Source: a virus
DNA length: 64,000 bases
Reading direction: 5' to 3' (one strand)
Virus record (IMG/VR): IMGVR_UViG_3300045988_078625
Of this stretch, positions 51,784 to 61,987 are shown in pieces (within the stretch, counting starts at the first letter, position 1; the number at the start of each line of letters is the position of its first letter). The translations under genes were made by a program, and so were the position numbers. Below the pieces are notes generated by a model. It was not told where the DNA came from. It saw only the letters and a list, made by a program, of their open reading frames with translations, and searched no databases.

Positions 51784-52126
51784 TTCCCCTCCTCTAAATG
51801 TTCAGTACGAGAACATAATGAGGAACTTTGATTTCGACAGAGTTCGCGAATTTATGAATTGGGAAAAGAGCAAAAGAAGCTATGACGATGAGGGGAATTG
51901 TATAGATAAGTCCTCCTGGAAAATGTTTGTAGCACCTAGTATATATAAAATACCTGACATAAGTGAACTTAGAGACTGTGCTAGCAGGTTACTTAAGGGT
52001 GTTATGAAGGTTAAGGAAACTAGCAAAGCTCCTGTGATTTTTATGGCTACTGGACCATTTAAGGCTATATACAGATACGGTATACTAGAGTTAGACTGCA
52101 TTATAGGATCTTGGAGCGATGATTGA
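51737..52126 (+). CDS. Hypothetical protein; the start is uncertain
   Basis: ORF in the track. Confidence 0.4.
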   Translation: MNVTKMKVKRTNNYSDSPPLNVQYENIMRNFDFDRVREFMNWEKSKRSYDDEGNCIDKSSWKMFVAPSIYKIPDISELRDCASRLLKGVMKVKETSKAPVIFMATGPFKAIYRYGILELDCIIGSWSDD

Positions 52127-52523
52127 GTTTAACGAAGTATTTTGCCTAGACTTAAGAGACGATTTTGAGGAAATGGGCAGACACGAGAGAAACTTTGAGT
52201 TAGACGAGTTTATTCAAAGAGATTTGAGTAGAGCTTTTGCTTTTGGATATTGTCATTTAGATTGGATAGGGGAGAAAATGTGGTTTCCAGTTCCTATTAG
52301 GAAAGCTCTTAGACACCTATCCGATGGGCTAGAGGATTTCAATCCTCAAATCAAATGGTTAAATGACAAATACGGAGCTATAGGTAAGAGAGTTAAGATT
52401 AAGGATTACGCGAACTATATTCTAGAAAATATAATTTGTGATAATTATGATGATTTGATAAAGATTGCAATATTACTAGGAACTAACATGAGAGTAAATT
52501 CTCGTGATGGAGAAATCCAATAA
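52119..52523 (+). CDS. Hypothetical protein
   Basis: ORF in the track. Confidence 0.45.
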   Translation: MIEFNEVFCLDLRDDFEEMGRHERNFELDEFIQRDLSRAFAFGYCHLDWIGEKMWFPVPIRKALRHLSDGLEDFNPQIKWLNDKYGAIGKRVKIKDYANYILENIICDNYDDLIKIAILLGTNMRVNSRDGEIQ

Positions 52524-52962
52524 GGTTCTAGAAGTCTTCACTGATGGAGCTTTTAGTTCGTCTAGAAACACTGGAGGGGTAGGAGTCGTATTTGTAATTG
52601 ATGGAGAAAAAGTCTATGAATTTAGCAAAATGATTCCTAATACTACTAATAACAAATGTGAGTTGTTAGCAGTAATATATGCCCTTAATGCAGTAAGCAG
52701 TCAACTTAAATCTCTTACTATCTATTCAGATTCTCAGTACGTTATAGGATGTGCTACTAAAGGATGGAAAAGGAAAAAGAATGTGGAACTATGGAATTTG
52801 TATGACAAGGTTTTAGAAAAGGCAGAAAAATTCTGTCCTAGTATAAACTTTTGTTGGGTAAAAGGACATACCTCCAATTCTGATTTCTTTTCTCAGATGA
52901 ATAATCTCGCAGATAAATTAGCAGTTGAAGCAAGTCAAGAATATGAAACTAAGAAAGAGTAA
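52504..52962 (+). CDS. rnhA: Ribonuclease HI
   Basis: Contains TDGA...NNKCELLAVIYAL...YSDSQY...WVKGH...ADKLA. Confidence 0.6.
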   Translation: MMEKSNKVLEVFTDGAFSSSRNTGGVGVVFVIDGEKVYEFSKMIPNTTNNKCELLAVIYALNAVSSQLKSLTIYSDSQYVIGCATKGWKRKKNVELWNLYDKVLEKAEKFCPSINFCWVKGHTSNSDFFSQMNNLADKLAVEASQEYETKKE

Positions 52963-53359
52963 GAACAAGAAGCTCATTAAAGAGGCTATGAAGTTCTATC
53001 CGTTTGATTATGGTTTCGTGCTCTCACTAGAGAAGCAAGCCTTAATCAGAATGTATGAATACTTCAAAGTATCTAGAATTGCTAAGGGTAATGAATTTGT
53101 TGAAAGGGATCTAAAACTAGCACTAGGACTCTTGGACATTGTGTTAGAGATAGATTCCGCCTATCACTGTGATTTCAGACCTAGGTCTAAAGGATTTGTA
53201 GATAGGCACATAAACATTAAGAATTGGAAACGATTCCGTCCTAAAGCTGCTGATCTCGATTGGAGCGAACCTATTCTCCAAGACTATTTGAGAAGAGAAA
53301 AAGCCTGGTACTTGTACAACAAACTTAAGTTTGAACGTATGAGAACTTGGTGGGATTAA
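52925..53359 (+). CDS. Hypothetical protein
   Basis: ORF in the track. Confidence 0.4.
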   Translation: MKQVKNMKLRKSKNKKLIKEAMKFYPFDYGFVLSLEKQALIRMYEYFKVSRIAKGNEFVERDLKLALGLLDIVLEIDSAYHCDFRPRSKGFVDRHINIKNWKRFRPKAADLDWSEPILQDYLRREKAWYLYNKLKFERMRTWWD

Positions 53360-53377
53360 ATTTTAATTAATGTAATT

Positions 53378-54394
53378 ATGAAGAAAATTTTTAGTATTAT
53401 TTATTTGTGTTTAATGTGTGCGTTTGCAAGCGCACAAGTTGTAGAAACCGGAAGTTTGAAAGACAATTGGTATATTTCCGGTAATGTTGGAACTACAGTC
53501 TGGGACAATCAGAGAAGTTGGGCTGAACCTAATGATATTCTGGTGAATATTGCTGTAGGTAAAGAAATTACACCCATCTTTGGCCTAGAATTAGACATGG
53601 TAGCGGGTATGAATCAGGGAAATAAGACATTCTTTGATTCACACAACCTTACGGCTAATGTTACTACCAATCTTAGTAATCTGGTATGTGGCTATGAAGG
53701 CAATAGACGTCTGTTTGAACCAGTATTGATTATAGGAGCAGGTTGGTATCATACCTATGGATACGTCTATAATAATGTATCTGCGCGTGGTGCAGTAAGA
53801 TGTAATTTCAACATTACTGATACGTGGGCGTTAAATATAACCCCAGAATATATGCTACTTCCTAAAACTACTCCATTAAACCAAGAAGTCAATGTTTATG
53901 TAGGAGCTACTTACAGATTTAAGTCGAGCAAAGGGAATTTCCCAGTTATGAAACTTTATGATGATTCGGAAATAGAAAGCTTAAATGCGTCTATTAATGA
54001 ATTGAGAGAGAAGAATAATGAACTTATGGCTCGCAAACCTGTTGAGGTAGTTAAGGTAGATACCATAGAAATTACTAAGGTAGAATTACTTACTCCTAAA
54101 ATCCAATTCCTACAAAACTCCTCTGAAATATCTGCTACCTCTAATGTTGCTGTGTCCGAATTAGCAGCTTACATAGCAAATAGTGGTAAGTCATATGTTA
54201 TAGAGGGATATGCTTCTGAAGAGGGACCTATTGACTTCAACAACAAATTAGCTAATGCTAGAGCGGAATCTATGAAGAAGGCTCTAGTTAACTATGGTGC
54301 TCCGGAAGACAAACTTACCGTGAAGGGGTGTGGAGTTACTACTGATTTTGGAGATAATGAATTTAACAGAATTGTAATAGTTTCTGAGCAATGA
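53378..54394 (+). CDS. Outer-membrane protein of the OmpA family
   Basis: Has a signal peptide, and the C-terminal segment VIEGYASEEGP...NNKLANARAESM...NRIVIV matches the OmpA C-terminal domain. Confidence 0.5.
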   Translation: MKKIFSIIYLCLMCAFASAQVVETGSLKDNWYISGNVGTTVWDNQRSWAEPNDILVNIAVGKEITPIFGLELDMVAGMNQGNKTFFDSHNLTANVTTNLSNLVCGYEGNRRLFEPVLIIGAGWYHTYGYVYNNVSARGAVRCNFNITDTWALNITPEYMLLPKTTPLNQEVNVYVGATYRFKSSKGNFPVMKLYDDSEIESLNASINELREKNNELMARKPVEVVKVDTIEITKVELLTPKIQFLQNSSEISATSNVAVSELAAYIANSGKSYVIEGYASEEGPIDFNNKLANARAESMKKALVNYGAPEDKLTVKGCGVTTDFGDNEFNRIVIVSEQ

Positions 54395-54635
54395 AGTACA
54401 AGAAGAGAGTAGCTTGGTTGAAATCAAAGCAAGCATGGTGGGATAAGCAAGGGAAGGATTTTCAAGCTGCTACCACTAGACCAGGTTCTGTAAAAACTCG
54501 GTAATTTATGATTGCGTTTATAATTATATGCTTACTATTCATCGCATATATCTACTATGATCCTTATGTAGATATTGCGGAGGATAGTGTACTACTGTGG
54601 TATAATAAGAAAAGCAATAGAGAATATATTATTTT

Positions 54636-54848
54636 ATGGTCGAGAAAAACCTAATTAAGGCATTTATTGCCATAGTATTAGTTTTTGTAGCCTATAATAT
54701 GGGACTGTGGTTATTATCTCAGTCCCTATGGGTTGCAAACCTTGGAGGACTATTGTTATTATTTATAGCAATTCCTAGTCTAGTCTATAGGACTATTAAA
54801 CATTTCAAAAAACATTTTAAAAATAAAAAAGATGAAGACAATAATTAA
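54636..54848 (+). CDS. Small membrane protein
   Basis: Has two transmembrane segments. Confidence 0.4.
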   Translation: MVEKNLIKAFIAIVLVFVAYNMGLWLLSQSLWVANLGGLLLLFIAIPSLVYRTIKHFKKHFKNKKDEDNN

Positions 54849-55656
54849 GTTTCTGTGTGTATTAACTCTGGTATTTGGTTTGTCAAGTTGTGGCTACGAG
54901 CGGGTAGACGCTGGACATGAAGGAATCAAGGTAAATCTTTACGGTGATGGTAAAGGAGTAGATGACATCTCATTGGTCACGGGGGCTGTTTGGTATAATC
55001 CAATTACCACAGCTGTATATGAGTACCCAACCTATGTGCTTACTGTGGACTATGAGGCTTTTTCTATTAATGCTAAGGATGGTTCGTCATTTACTGTTGA
55101 CCCTACTATATCTCTTAAGATAGTTGATGGAAAGTCACCTGAGGTATTTAAGAAATACAGAAAAGACAATATACTTGATGTCGTAAATACTACATTATAT
55201 AACTATGTTAAAAACGCATTCCGTATACAACTTAATAATTATACTACTGATGAATTAGTTAGCAAAAGAGAAGAGTTTGAGAAATCTATAGAAGATAGAT
55301 TAAGCAAAGAATTACTTGCCGAAAACTTCCAACTTGAGCAGCTAACTTCTGGTCTTCAATATCCTAAGACACTAGTAGATGCTATTGATGCTAAAAATAA
55401 AGCGGTGCAGGATGCTCTTAAGATAGAAAATGAGGTTAAATCTGTAGAAGCTAATGCTAAAAAGGCTGTAGCCCAAGCAGAGGGAGCAGCTCAGGCTCTG
55501 AAAATTAAGGGAGACGCAGAAGCTGAGTATAACAGAAAGATTGCAGCTTCCTTATCTGCATTGATTGTACAACAGAATTTTGTGGAGAAGTGGGATGGAA
55601 AACTGCCTACTTATGGTACTGTTCCTACCTTATTTAAGGATGTAGCTGGAAAATAA
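54832..55656 (+). CDS. Lipoprotein with an SPFH/Band-7 domain; this is the second SPFH protein in the window
   Basis: Has a lipobox (LSSCG), an SPFH-like core and an Ala/Lys-rich coiled coil. Confidence 0.45.
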   Translation: MKTIIKFLCVLTLVFGLSSCGYERVDAGHEGIKVNLYGDGKGVDDISLVTGAVWYNPITTAVYEYPTYVLTVDYEAFSINAKDGSSFTVDPTISLKIVDGKSPEVFKKYRKDNILDVVNTTLYNYVKNAFRIQLNNYTTDELVSKREEFEKSIEDRLSKELLAENFQLEQLTSGLQYPKTLVDAIDAKNKAVQDALKIENEVKSVEANAKKAVAQAEGAAQALKIKGDAEAEYNRKIAASLSALIVQQNFVEKWDGKLPTYGTVPTLFKDVAGK

Positions 55657-55658
55657 CT

Positions 55659-56006
55659 ATGATGTACTTAATAATATGCACTGTGATGATAATCGTCACG
55701 GTGCTTATCTTAAAAGATACTCATGTTACGGTTTATTGGACTGGGTATAGTAGCAACTATGCTAACATAGACGAAGAGTATGACATTAAAGTTCCAATCT
55801 GGGCAGTATTACTAATCATAGTTCTGGGATTTGTCCCTGTCTTGAATATAGTATTATATATGGTAGGCTATATACACTATGCAATCCATGCTCTGTGGAA
55901 TCCTAACAGAAATGACGGATATACTCACAAGTATACGTTAAGAGGTAGAAATTTTCTGACTAAAATTATAAAGAAGATATGGAAGATCTTAAATTTGTGT
56001 ATTTAA
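55659..56006 (+). CDS. Membrane protein
   Basis: Hydrophobic. Confidence 0.4.
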   Translation: MMYLIICTVMIIVTVLILKDTHVTVYWTGYSSNYANIDEEYDIKVPIWAVLLIIVLGFVPVLNIVLYMVGYIHYAIHALWNPNRNDGYTHKYTLRGRNFLTKIIKKIWKILNLCI

Positions 56007-56311
56007 TATGCGACGGCATAGGGCTTATACTTTATGCACTTCTATATTACTGTCTGTACTACACCTACCAGGTAAATTGGTTAACTTCTAAAGCTACAAG
56101 AATAAAAATCCCTAGATGGACTATTATTATTGTTGTAGCTAGTTTGATTATCCCTCCGCTTGGTTTAGGTGTCTCACTAGCATCGTGGGTAGTATACGCA
56201 TTTGCAGTGTACAATGAAGACTATACAGTAGATGTCCCTATTCTTAACTTCCTAGGAGATTCGTTATATGATTCGGATATTAAAGCATCTAAGAAGGATA
56301 CTAAGGCATAA
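55979..56311 (+). CDS. Membrane protein
   Basis: Hydrophobic. Confidence 0.4.
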   Translation: MEDLKFVYLICDGIGLILYALLYYCLYYTYQVNWLTSKATRIKIPRWTIIIVVASLIIPPLGLGVSLASWVVYAFAVYNEDYTVDVPILNFLGDSLYDSDIKASKKDTKA

Positions 56312-56774
56312 GTTCTGGGTTGCATACTATTGCTTCCAATTAGGACTATACAGGCAGGGCATTTTGCACGATTTATCTAAGTTCGGATGGTATGAATTTT
56401 CTCGCTCTGTTAAATTTTACGATGATAACACATCTCCATTAAATAAGGAGAAAGAAATTCTGGGCTATTCTAGGTCCTATTTACATCATAGAGGAAGGAA
56501 TCCACATCATTATGAATATTGGGTAACTCAATTAGATTCTGGTGGAGTTCCAGTGAAAATCCCTAGAGAATACGCATTAGAGTTAGTGTGTGATTATTTA
56601 GCCGCTGGTAAGGTATATAATGGAAATAGTTTCCAAGGAGAATACAACTGGTGGATTAAATATATTAGCGCTCCTAGAGCGATTCATCCAGAGACAAAAG
56701 AGTTTATTACTCAATGTTTTAAGAACTTAGCTGTCGGTAAAAACATGAAGAGTTTATTAACAATTAGTTATTAA
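56268..56774 (+). CDS. Hypothetical protein, possibly an HD-type metal-dependent hydrolase
   Basis: Contains HD...HHRGRNPHH...D. Confidence 0.35.
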   Translation: MIRILKHLRRILRHKFWVAYYCFQLGLYRQGILHDLSKFGWYEFSRSVKFYDDNTSPLNKEKEILGYSRSYLHHRGRNPHHYEYWVTQLDSGGVPVKIPREYALELVCDYLAAGKVYNGNSFQGEYNWWIKYISAPRAIHPETKEFITQCFKNLAVGKNMKSLLTISY

Positions 56775-56787
56775 AATAATTTTTAGA

Positions 56788-58350
56788 ATGGAAATAATTA
56801 ATGCAACAGATGGTTACAAATTAGGCCATCACAGGATGTACCCAGAAGGTACTGAACAAGTTTATAGTAACTGGACTCCGAGAAGTAACAAGTACTTTCC
56901 AGAAGCTACCGAAGGTTCTGTAGTATTCGGAATCCAATATTTAATTAAAAAGTATTTGATCGACGAATTTAATAAGAATTTCTTTGTATTGCCTAAAGAG
57001 AAAGCTATAGAAATGTTTTATCGGAGAGTCCACAACTTCGTTGGAATTGAGTCCGTGGGATATAGACATATTGAGGCTTTGTATGATTTAGGATATCTCC
57101 CTATTCGTATTAAAGCGTTGCCGGAAGGTTCAGTATGTCCTATTAGAGTTCCTATGATGACTATTACTAATACGAAACCAGAGTTCTTTTGGTTAACTAA
57201 TTATCTAGAGACTTTGATTAGTTGTACTTTGTGGATGCCTTGTACCTCTGCCACTAGAGCAAGACTCTATAAGAAAGAACTCAAAAGACACTCAGTACAT
57301 ACTGGATTTCCGGAGGATGTAAACCTGGATTTCTTGTGTCATGACTTCTCTATGAGAGGAATGGCTGGTTTGGAAGCGTCTGTTATTTCTGGTATGGCTC
57401 ATATGACTTCATTTGTAGGAAGTGAAACTATTCCTGCTATTGCAGCTCTTGAAGAATATTATGGAGCTAATTCTGATAGTGAATTGATTGCTGCTACTGT
57501 TCCGGCTACTGAACATTCGGTAATGTGTGCAGGAGGAGAAGAGGACGAGTTAGGAACATATAAACGTCTCATTAATGAGTTATATCCTACTGGGTTTGTT
57601 TCCATAGTGTCTGATACTTGGGATTTCTGGAATGTTGTTGAAAACTTCCTTCCTAAGTTGAAGAAAGACATTATGGCTCGTGACGGTCGTGTAGTTATTC
57701 GTCCCGATAGTGGAGACCCGGTAGATATTATTTGTGGTCTGAGAACTAATCCTCATTTCAATACAAGAATAAGGGAAGGTAAATACTACTGCTGTTATGC
57801 TCCGTTTAATGACGATGCAGAATACGTAGAAGTATCAGAAGGTCAATATTACGGAGCATACTATATGCTTGGTAAGATCTTCGGTTGGAATACTACTTCC
57901 AAGGACTACCGTTATCCAAGCACTAAGATAGGCTTATTGTATGGAGATTCTATTACTTTAGAACGTCAAAAGCAAATCTATATGAGACTTGAGAATGCCC
58001 ACATGGCAGCTTGTAATCTTGTTCTTGGTGTTGGTTCATTCTCATATCAGTATGCAAGTAGAGATAGTCTAGGCTTTGCAATCAAAGCTACTGCTTGTGT
58101 AGTTAATGGAGAATTGAAAGAAATATTCAAACATCCTAAAACAGATGATGGAACTAAAAATTCTCTTAAAGGTCTAATTGCTGTCTATCAGGACGTTAAT
58201 GGCGTTTACTATGCTGAAGACCAAGTAACTCCTGAGGTAGAAAGTGGAGGCTGTTTAGAGACTGTGTTCGAAGATGGCGTCCTTAAAAAGGAGTACACTC
58301 TTAAAGAAATTAGACAGCGAATTAATGAAGGACTTTATAGAAAGTTTTAA
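56788..58350 (+). CDS. Nicotinamide phosphoribosyltransferase-like protein (NAMPT/NadV or Namat family)
   Basis: The N-terminal TDGYKLGHHRMYPEGT matches the NAMPT signature, and the length of about 520 aa fits. Confidence 0.6.
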   Translation: MEIINATDGYKLGHHRMYPEGTEQVYSNWTPRSNKYFPEATEGSVVFGIQYLIKKYLIDEFNKNFFVLPKEKAIEMFYRRVHNFVGIESVGYRHIEALYDLGYLPIRIKALPEGSVCPIRVPMMTITNTKPEFFWLTNYLETLISCTLWMPCTSATRARLYKKELKRHSVHTGFPEDVNLDFLCHDFSMRGMAGLEASVISGMAHMTSFVGSETIPAIAALEEYYGANSDSELIAATVPATEHSVMCAGGEEDELGTYKRLINELYPTGFVSIVSDTWDFWNVVENFLPKLKKDIMARDGRVVIRPDSGDPVDIICGLRTNPHFNTRIREGKYYCCYAPFNDDAEYVEVSEGQYYGAYYMLGKIFGWNTTSKDYRYPSTKIGLLYGDSITLERQKQIYMRLENAHMAACNLVLGVGSFSYQYASRDSLGFAIKATACVVNGELKEIFKHPKTDDGTKNSLKGLIAVYQDVNGVYYAEDQVTPEVESGGCLETVFEDGVLKKEYTLKEIRQRINEGLYRKF

Positions 58351-58765
58351 CCATCCATTTGGAAAAGAGGCTTGTAAGAAGCGACTATTAGAAGAGTATA
58401 AGAAATACGGAAAGCTAATAGTCGCTTTCGACTTTGATAACACTATCTTCGACTATCATAATACTGGAGGAGATTATAGTTGTGTTATTAATCTACTGAG
58501 ACGTTGTACTATGTTAGGTTTTGAAATGATTTTACTTTCTACAGAGGAAAACGAAAATAAAATTATAGAGAAACAAGTAGAGTGTGTCCAAATGAGGATA
58601 GGAAATCTTATTAATGATATGATTATACCTCCTTTTACAAGCAGTAGACTATTTCCGAACTCTAGAAAGCCTTATTACAATATTCTACTAGACGATAGGG
58701 CGGGCTTAGAAGAAAGTTATGAAATCTTAAAATATGTCGTAGATGAAATTATTAAACTTAATTAA
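58325..58765 (+). CDS. HAD-family phosphatase resembling a 5'-nucleotidase
   Basis: Has the DxDxT motif FDFDNTIF and a later DD motif. It overlaps the end of the NAMPT gene. Confidence 0.4.
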   Translation: MKDFIESFNHPFGKEACKKRLLEEYKKYGKLIVAFDFDNTIFDYHNTGGDYSCVINLLRRCTMLGFEMILLSTEENENKIIEKQVECVQMRIGNLINDMIIPPFTSSRLFPNSRKPYYNILLDDRAGLEESYEILKYVVDEIIKLN

Positions 58766-59555
58766 TTGGGATGAAAGTGAGATTAAGTATAACCTCACTA
58801 CATTCCCTGACGGAGAGCCTCAAATAAGTTTTCCAGACGAATTTGATAGGAAAGATTCGGTAAAGGTTATGTGTAGAATTACTTCTGCCGAAGAATTGTT
58901 TCTGTTAGCTCAAGTTGGCGATATTCTAGACAGACAAGAAATTGAGTGGGACTTATTTATTACCTATCTAATGTCTATGCGTATGGATAGGGTAATGGAT
59001 TTTAACCGTCCATTTTCTCTGAAAATTGTGTGCAATATCTTAAATGGAATGAACTATCGTTCAGTCTGTATTTTAGAGGCTCACTCTAACAGAGCAAAGA
59101 ATCTTCTAGGTTCTAGATGTTGGTGTCAAGAATTGAATTATGGAAGCTATATACCACAACAATCTAATGTTGTATTCCCTGATGCTGGAGCGTATCAGAG
59201 ATACAGGGAGTACTCTAAGGTATGGGGACATTTAGTGTTCAATAAGACAAGAGACTTAGAAACTGGAAAAATCAAGGAATTCTCTATAGGTAGAAATGTA
59301 AATTGTTACTATTCTACGTTTGTATTCATTGATGATTTGTGCGATGCTGGAGGAACATTCCTTGGAGAACTTAAAGTTCTTAAAGAAAAGTATCCTAACT
59401 ATAGATTCGAGATTATAGTTTGCCATGCTGTAAATATAGAAGGCTTGAAAAAGTTGTGTAACAATTTTGATCATGTTACGATAACTAATTCATACTGTGA
59501 TTATGAATATCAGCCTAGTAATAATAACTTAACAGTAATAGATGTATGCAAATAA
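58743..59555 (+). CDS. Ribose-phosphate pyrophosphokinase-like protein (Prs or Adps family)
   Basis: Has an FPDGE N-terminal motif and the PRPP-binding loop IDDLCDAGGT. Confidence 0.55.
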   Translation: MKLLNLINWDESEIKYNLTTFPDGEPQISFPDEFDRKDSVKVMCRITSAEELFLLAQVGDILDRQEIEWDLFITYLMSMRMDRVMDFNRPFSLKIVCNILNGMNYRSVCILEAHSNRAKNLLGSRCWCQELNYGSYIPQQSNVVFPDAGAYQRYREYSKVWGHLVFNKTRDLETGKIKEFSIGRNVNCYYSTFVFIDDLCDAGGTFLGELKVLKEKYPNYRFEIIVCHAVNIEGLKKLCNNFDHVTITNSYCDYEYQPSNNNLTVIDVCK

Positions 59556-59923
59556 AGAATTTAGACGCTGCAAGACGTCTTGTAAAAAAGTATAGAAGTA
59601 TTACAAGAGAGGAACTTGAAAGCAATGCGCATGAGGACGATGATTGCTGGCATGAGGCGTTATCTAGGATAACTGGATTTGGGAGTCTTAGAAATTGCTA
59701 TTTATGCAACGAATGCGGTTATGAGGCTGGAGACCCAGATTGCACTGGGTGTTTATATTCTTGGAACAAGGATAATGTAAATAAGTTTAGTGTCCCGTGT
59801 ATAAACCAATATACTTATTGTGCTATCTATATTGCTGAAAGTCTAGATGAACTATATGAAGCTATACAGAACAGAGCAGACTTCATCGAAAATCTTATTA
59901 AAGAAATAGAAAATGATAATTGA
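59546..59923 (+). CDS. Cys-rich hypothetical protein
   Basis: ORF in the track. Confidence 0.4.
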   Translation: MQIKNLDAARRLVKKYRSITREELESNAHEDDDCWHEALSRITGFGSLRNCYLCNECGYEAGDPDCTGCLYSWNKDNVNKFSVPCINQYTYCAIYIAESLDELYEAIQNRADFIENLIKEIENDN

Positions 59924-60212
59924 AGGCTCCTTTTATAGGCTAACCCCTATCAATGATGCTTCTCCTCGTTTCGACTTGGAGCTGCTATATGATATTGGAG
60001 GGAAAAATCCGAGAAAAGAATTTAAAGTGGAAGGCTATGGCTATTCACTAGAGGCTGCTGTAGAACGTTGTATAAACTACGCAACTAGAAAGAAATTCGG
60101 AAAAGATGAAATTATAACTTTAGGTCAGTACTTAGATGAGTTTAAAAAAGCAAAAAAAGAGATTAAACTCGAAATCACCGGAAGTGCAGGAAATTCTAGC
60201 GGAGAGGCTTAA
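59913..60212 (+). CDS. Hypothetical protein
   Basis: ORF in the track. Confidence 0.4.
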   Translation: MIIEGSFYRLTPINDASPRFDLELLYDIGGKNPRKEFKVEGYGYSLEAAVERCINYATRKKFGKDEIITLGQYLDEFKKAKKEIKLEITGSAGNSSGEA

Positions 60213-60609
60213 TAAGCTTTGTAAGTTTCTGGATGAAGAGTATGACATTAATGCTGGAGGCTGTTGTTATATAGCATATTGTTTAGCTAGACTACTTAGT
60301 AGAGATAAATTTAAATTCAAAGTAATAATCTATGAAGATTATTTTCTTGGAGGTAAATTTAGCGAAATAATAGGTAGTCATTGGCATTATGCCATAGGTA
60401 TAGGAGAGTATACAATAAACTCTTGTGACTGTGAGGACGATAGTAGCTTCTGCAAAAATGTTTATACAGGAGTAAAAGCCTCTGAACTTTTAACTCATTA
60501 TCAGAGTAGAAGCTGGAACGATTGCTATAATTCAAGAAAAAATTCATTTATTTTCAAAACTATTAAAGTGTTTTACAATGACCTTACGGAAGACTTACGA
60601 GAAGGATAA
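60136..60609 (+). CDS. Hypothetical protein
   Basis: ORF in the track. Confidence 0.4.
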   Translation: MSLKKQKKRLNSKSPEVQEILAERLNKLCKFLDEEYDINAGGCCYIAYCLARLLSRDKFKFKVIIYEDYFLGGKFSEIIGSHWHYAIGIGEYTINSCDCEDDSSFCKNVYTGVKASELLTHYQSRSWNDCYNSRKNSFIFKTIKVFYNDLTEDLREG

Positions 60610-60859
60610 GCAAATTGTATATACACATGATAAGTTTATCTATTGTAGTTCGATTTATCAAATTTGGAGTTGGGGAGCGGCTCTAATGGAGGAGAAATAC
60701 TTTTCTTCTAGTAAACCGATTACTATAAAAAAGAAAAATCTTTCTGTAAAGAAAAAGAATTATTCACTAAGAAGGTTCTTTGAATTACAGTTTGCTCCAG
60801 AAGAATATCTAATTAATAACGGTTTTAAAATTGTAGAAAATGAAACAGGATGTGATTGA
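60578..60859 (+). CDS. Hypothetical protein
   Basis: ORF in the track. Confidence 0.35.
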   Translation: MTLRKTYEKDKQIVYTHDKFIYCSSIYQIWSWGAALMEEKYFSSSKPITIKKKNLSVKKKNYSLRRFFELQFAPEEYLINNGFKIVENETGCD

Positions 60860-61427
60860 GTACATGATTGACTCATTTGTAGATTTCAAGGGTAAGGAAC
60901 ATAAGATTGTAGCGTGTGCTCTGAGTCAGTCTCCAGAAGAAAGTGAAGATGACTACAAACTTTCAGTTGGATGGGCAAGTGAAGACGGCTATATTTGTGT
61001 AGACGATCCGGACTATGCAGAAGTTTGCAGAGTAGTATCTGTAGGTATCAGTGTATGTCACCCAACTGACGAGTTTGATAAGGAGAGAGGAAAAGCTAAC
61101 GCCTATAATAAGGCTTTACATGATCCTAAGTGTCCTACTATCTACACTAAGTCTAGAGGTGTAATTAACAAGACTCTGGTTAAGGCATTCTTGAAACAAG
61201 AAATAGGGTTTATTAAAGAAAACCCTGAACGAATCATCAAAGGATATAACCAGATGAAAGCCCGCTTTGATAAAAAAGAAGCAGTCAAGAAAGAAATAGA
61301 GGATTTGAACGGTTCTGAAAAAGAAATATTCAATGCTGCTAAAAGCGGAAGCGTAGATGTTGCTAAATGCGTCGAGCTTGTAGAGAAGGCTAAGGCGATG
61401 GGCATTGAGTTAAATGAACAAGGTTAA
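60840..61427 (+). CDS. Hypothetical protein
   Basis: ORF in the track. Confidence 0.45.
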   Translation: MKQDVIEYMIDSFVDFKGKEHKIVACALSQSPEESEDDYKLSVGWASEDGYICVDDPDYAEVCRVVSVGISVCHPTDEFDKERGKANAYNKALHDPKCPTIYTKSRGVINKTLVKAFLKQEIGFIKENPERIIKGYNQMKARFDKKEAVKKEIEDLNGSEKEIFNAAKSGSVDVAKCVELVEKAKAMGIELNEQG

Positions 61428-61737
61428 GCTCTGTTATATTACAATCATACTAATGGGATTATTAATTATATACTTACTATCTTCTAGGAGGGACCACATT
61501 GACTTACCTATAGTAGACGTGCAAGAAATTGTACGAGATTCTATTATTAGAGATAGTATCTTTATAGTTAATGATTCTATTGTAAAGGAGATTGAATATA
61601 TAGACAAGAAGTATGATGAGAAAGTATCTACTATTATGTCTAGTTCTGATAGCGTCAATTTGTGCTTCTTCTCAGAATACATCGACCGTTACAATAACGG
61701 GAGAACAGCTAAAGACGGCGAATCTGATATTCGCTGA
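61414..61737 (+). CDS. Membrane protein
   Basis: Has an N-terminal transmembrane segment. Confidence 0.4.
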   Translation: MNKVKLCYITIILMGLLIIYLLSSRRDHIDLPIVDVQEIVRDSIIRDSIFIVNDSIVKEIEYIDKKYDEKVSTIMSSSDSVNLCFFSEYIDRYNNGRTAKDGESDIR

Positions 61738-61987
61738 ACATCAGAAACTTTCTGAGACTGTTCCGTTATTGAAAACCAAAATAACTAATCTGGAACTAAT
61801 AAATAAGAGTTGGGAAAGGACGGATTCTGTTCGCAGAGTTCAGTTACTATATTATGGAAACATAATCGAAGATAAAAATAGATCTATTGAAGGTCTTAAT
61901 AAGTCTTTAAAGAGAAAGCAGAACGTTATAAAATACGGAGCTGCTGGTTCATGTGTATTAATATTGTTATGCCTATTACTGAAATAA
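61613..61987 (+). CDS. Secreted or membrane protein
   Basis: Has a signal peptide and a C-terminal transmembrane segment. Confidence 0.4.
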   Translation: MMRKYLLLCLVLIASICASSQNTSTVTITGEQLKTANLIFAEHQKLSETVPLLKTKITNLELINKSWERTDSVRRVQLLYYGNIIEDKNRSIEGLNKSLKRKQNVIKYGAAGSCVLILLCLLLK

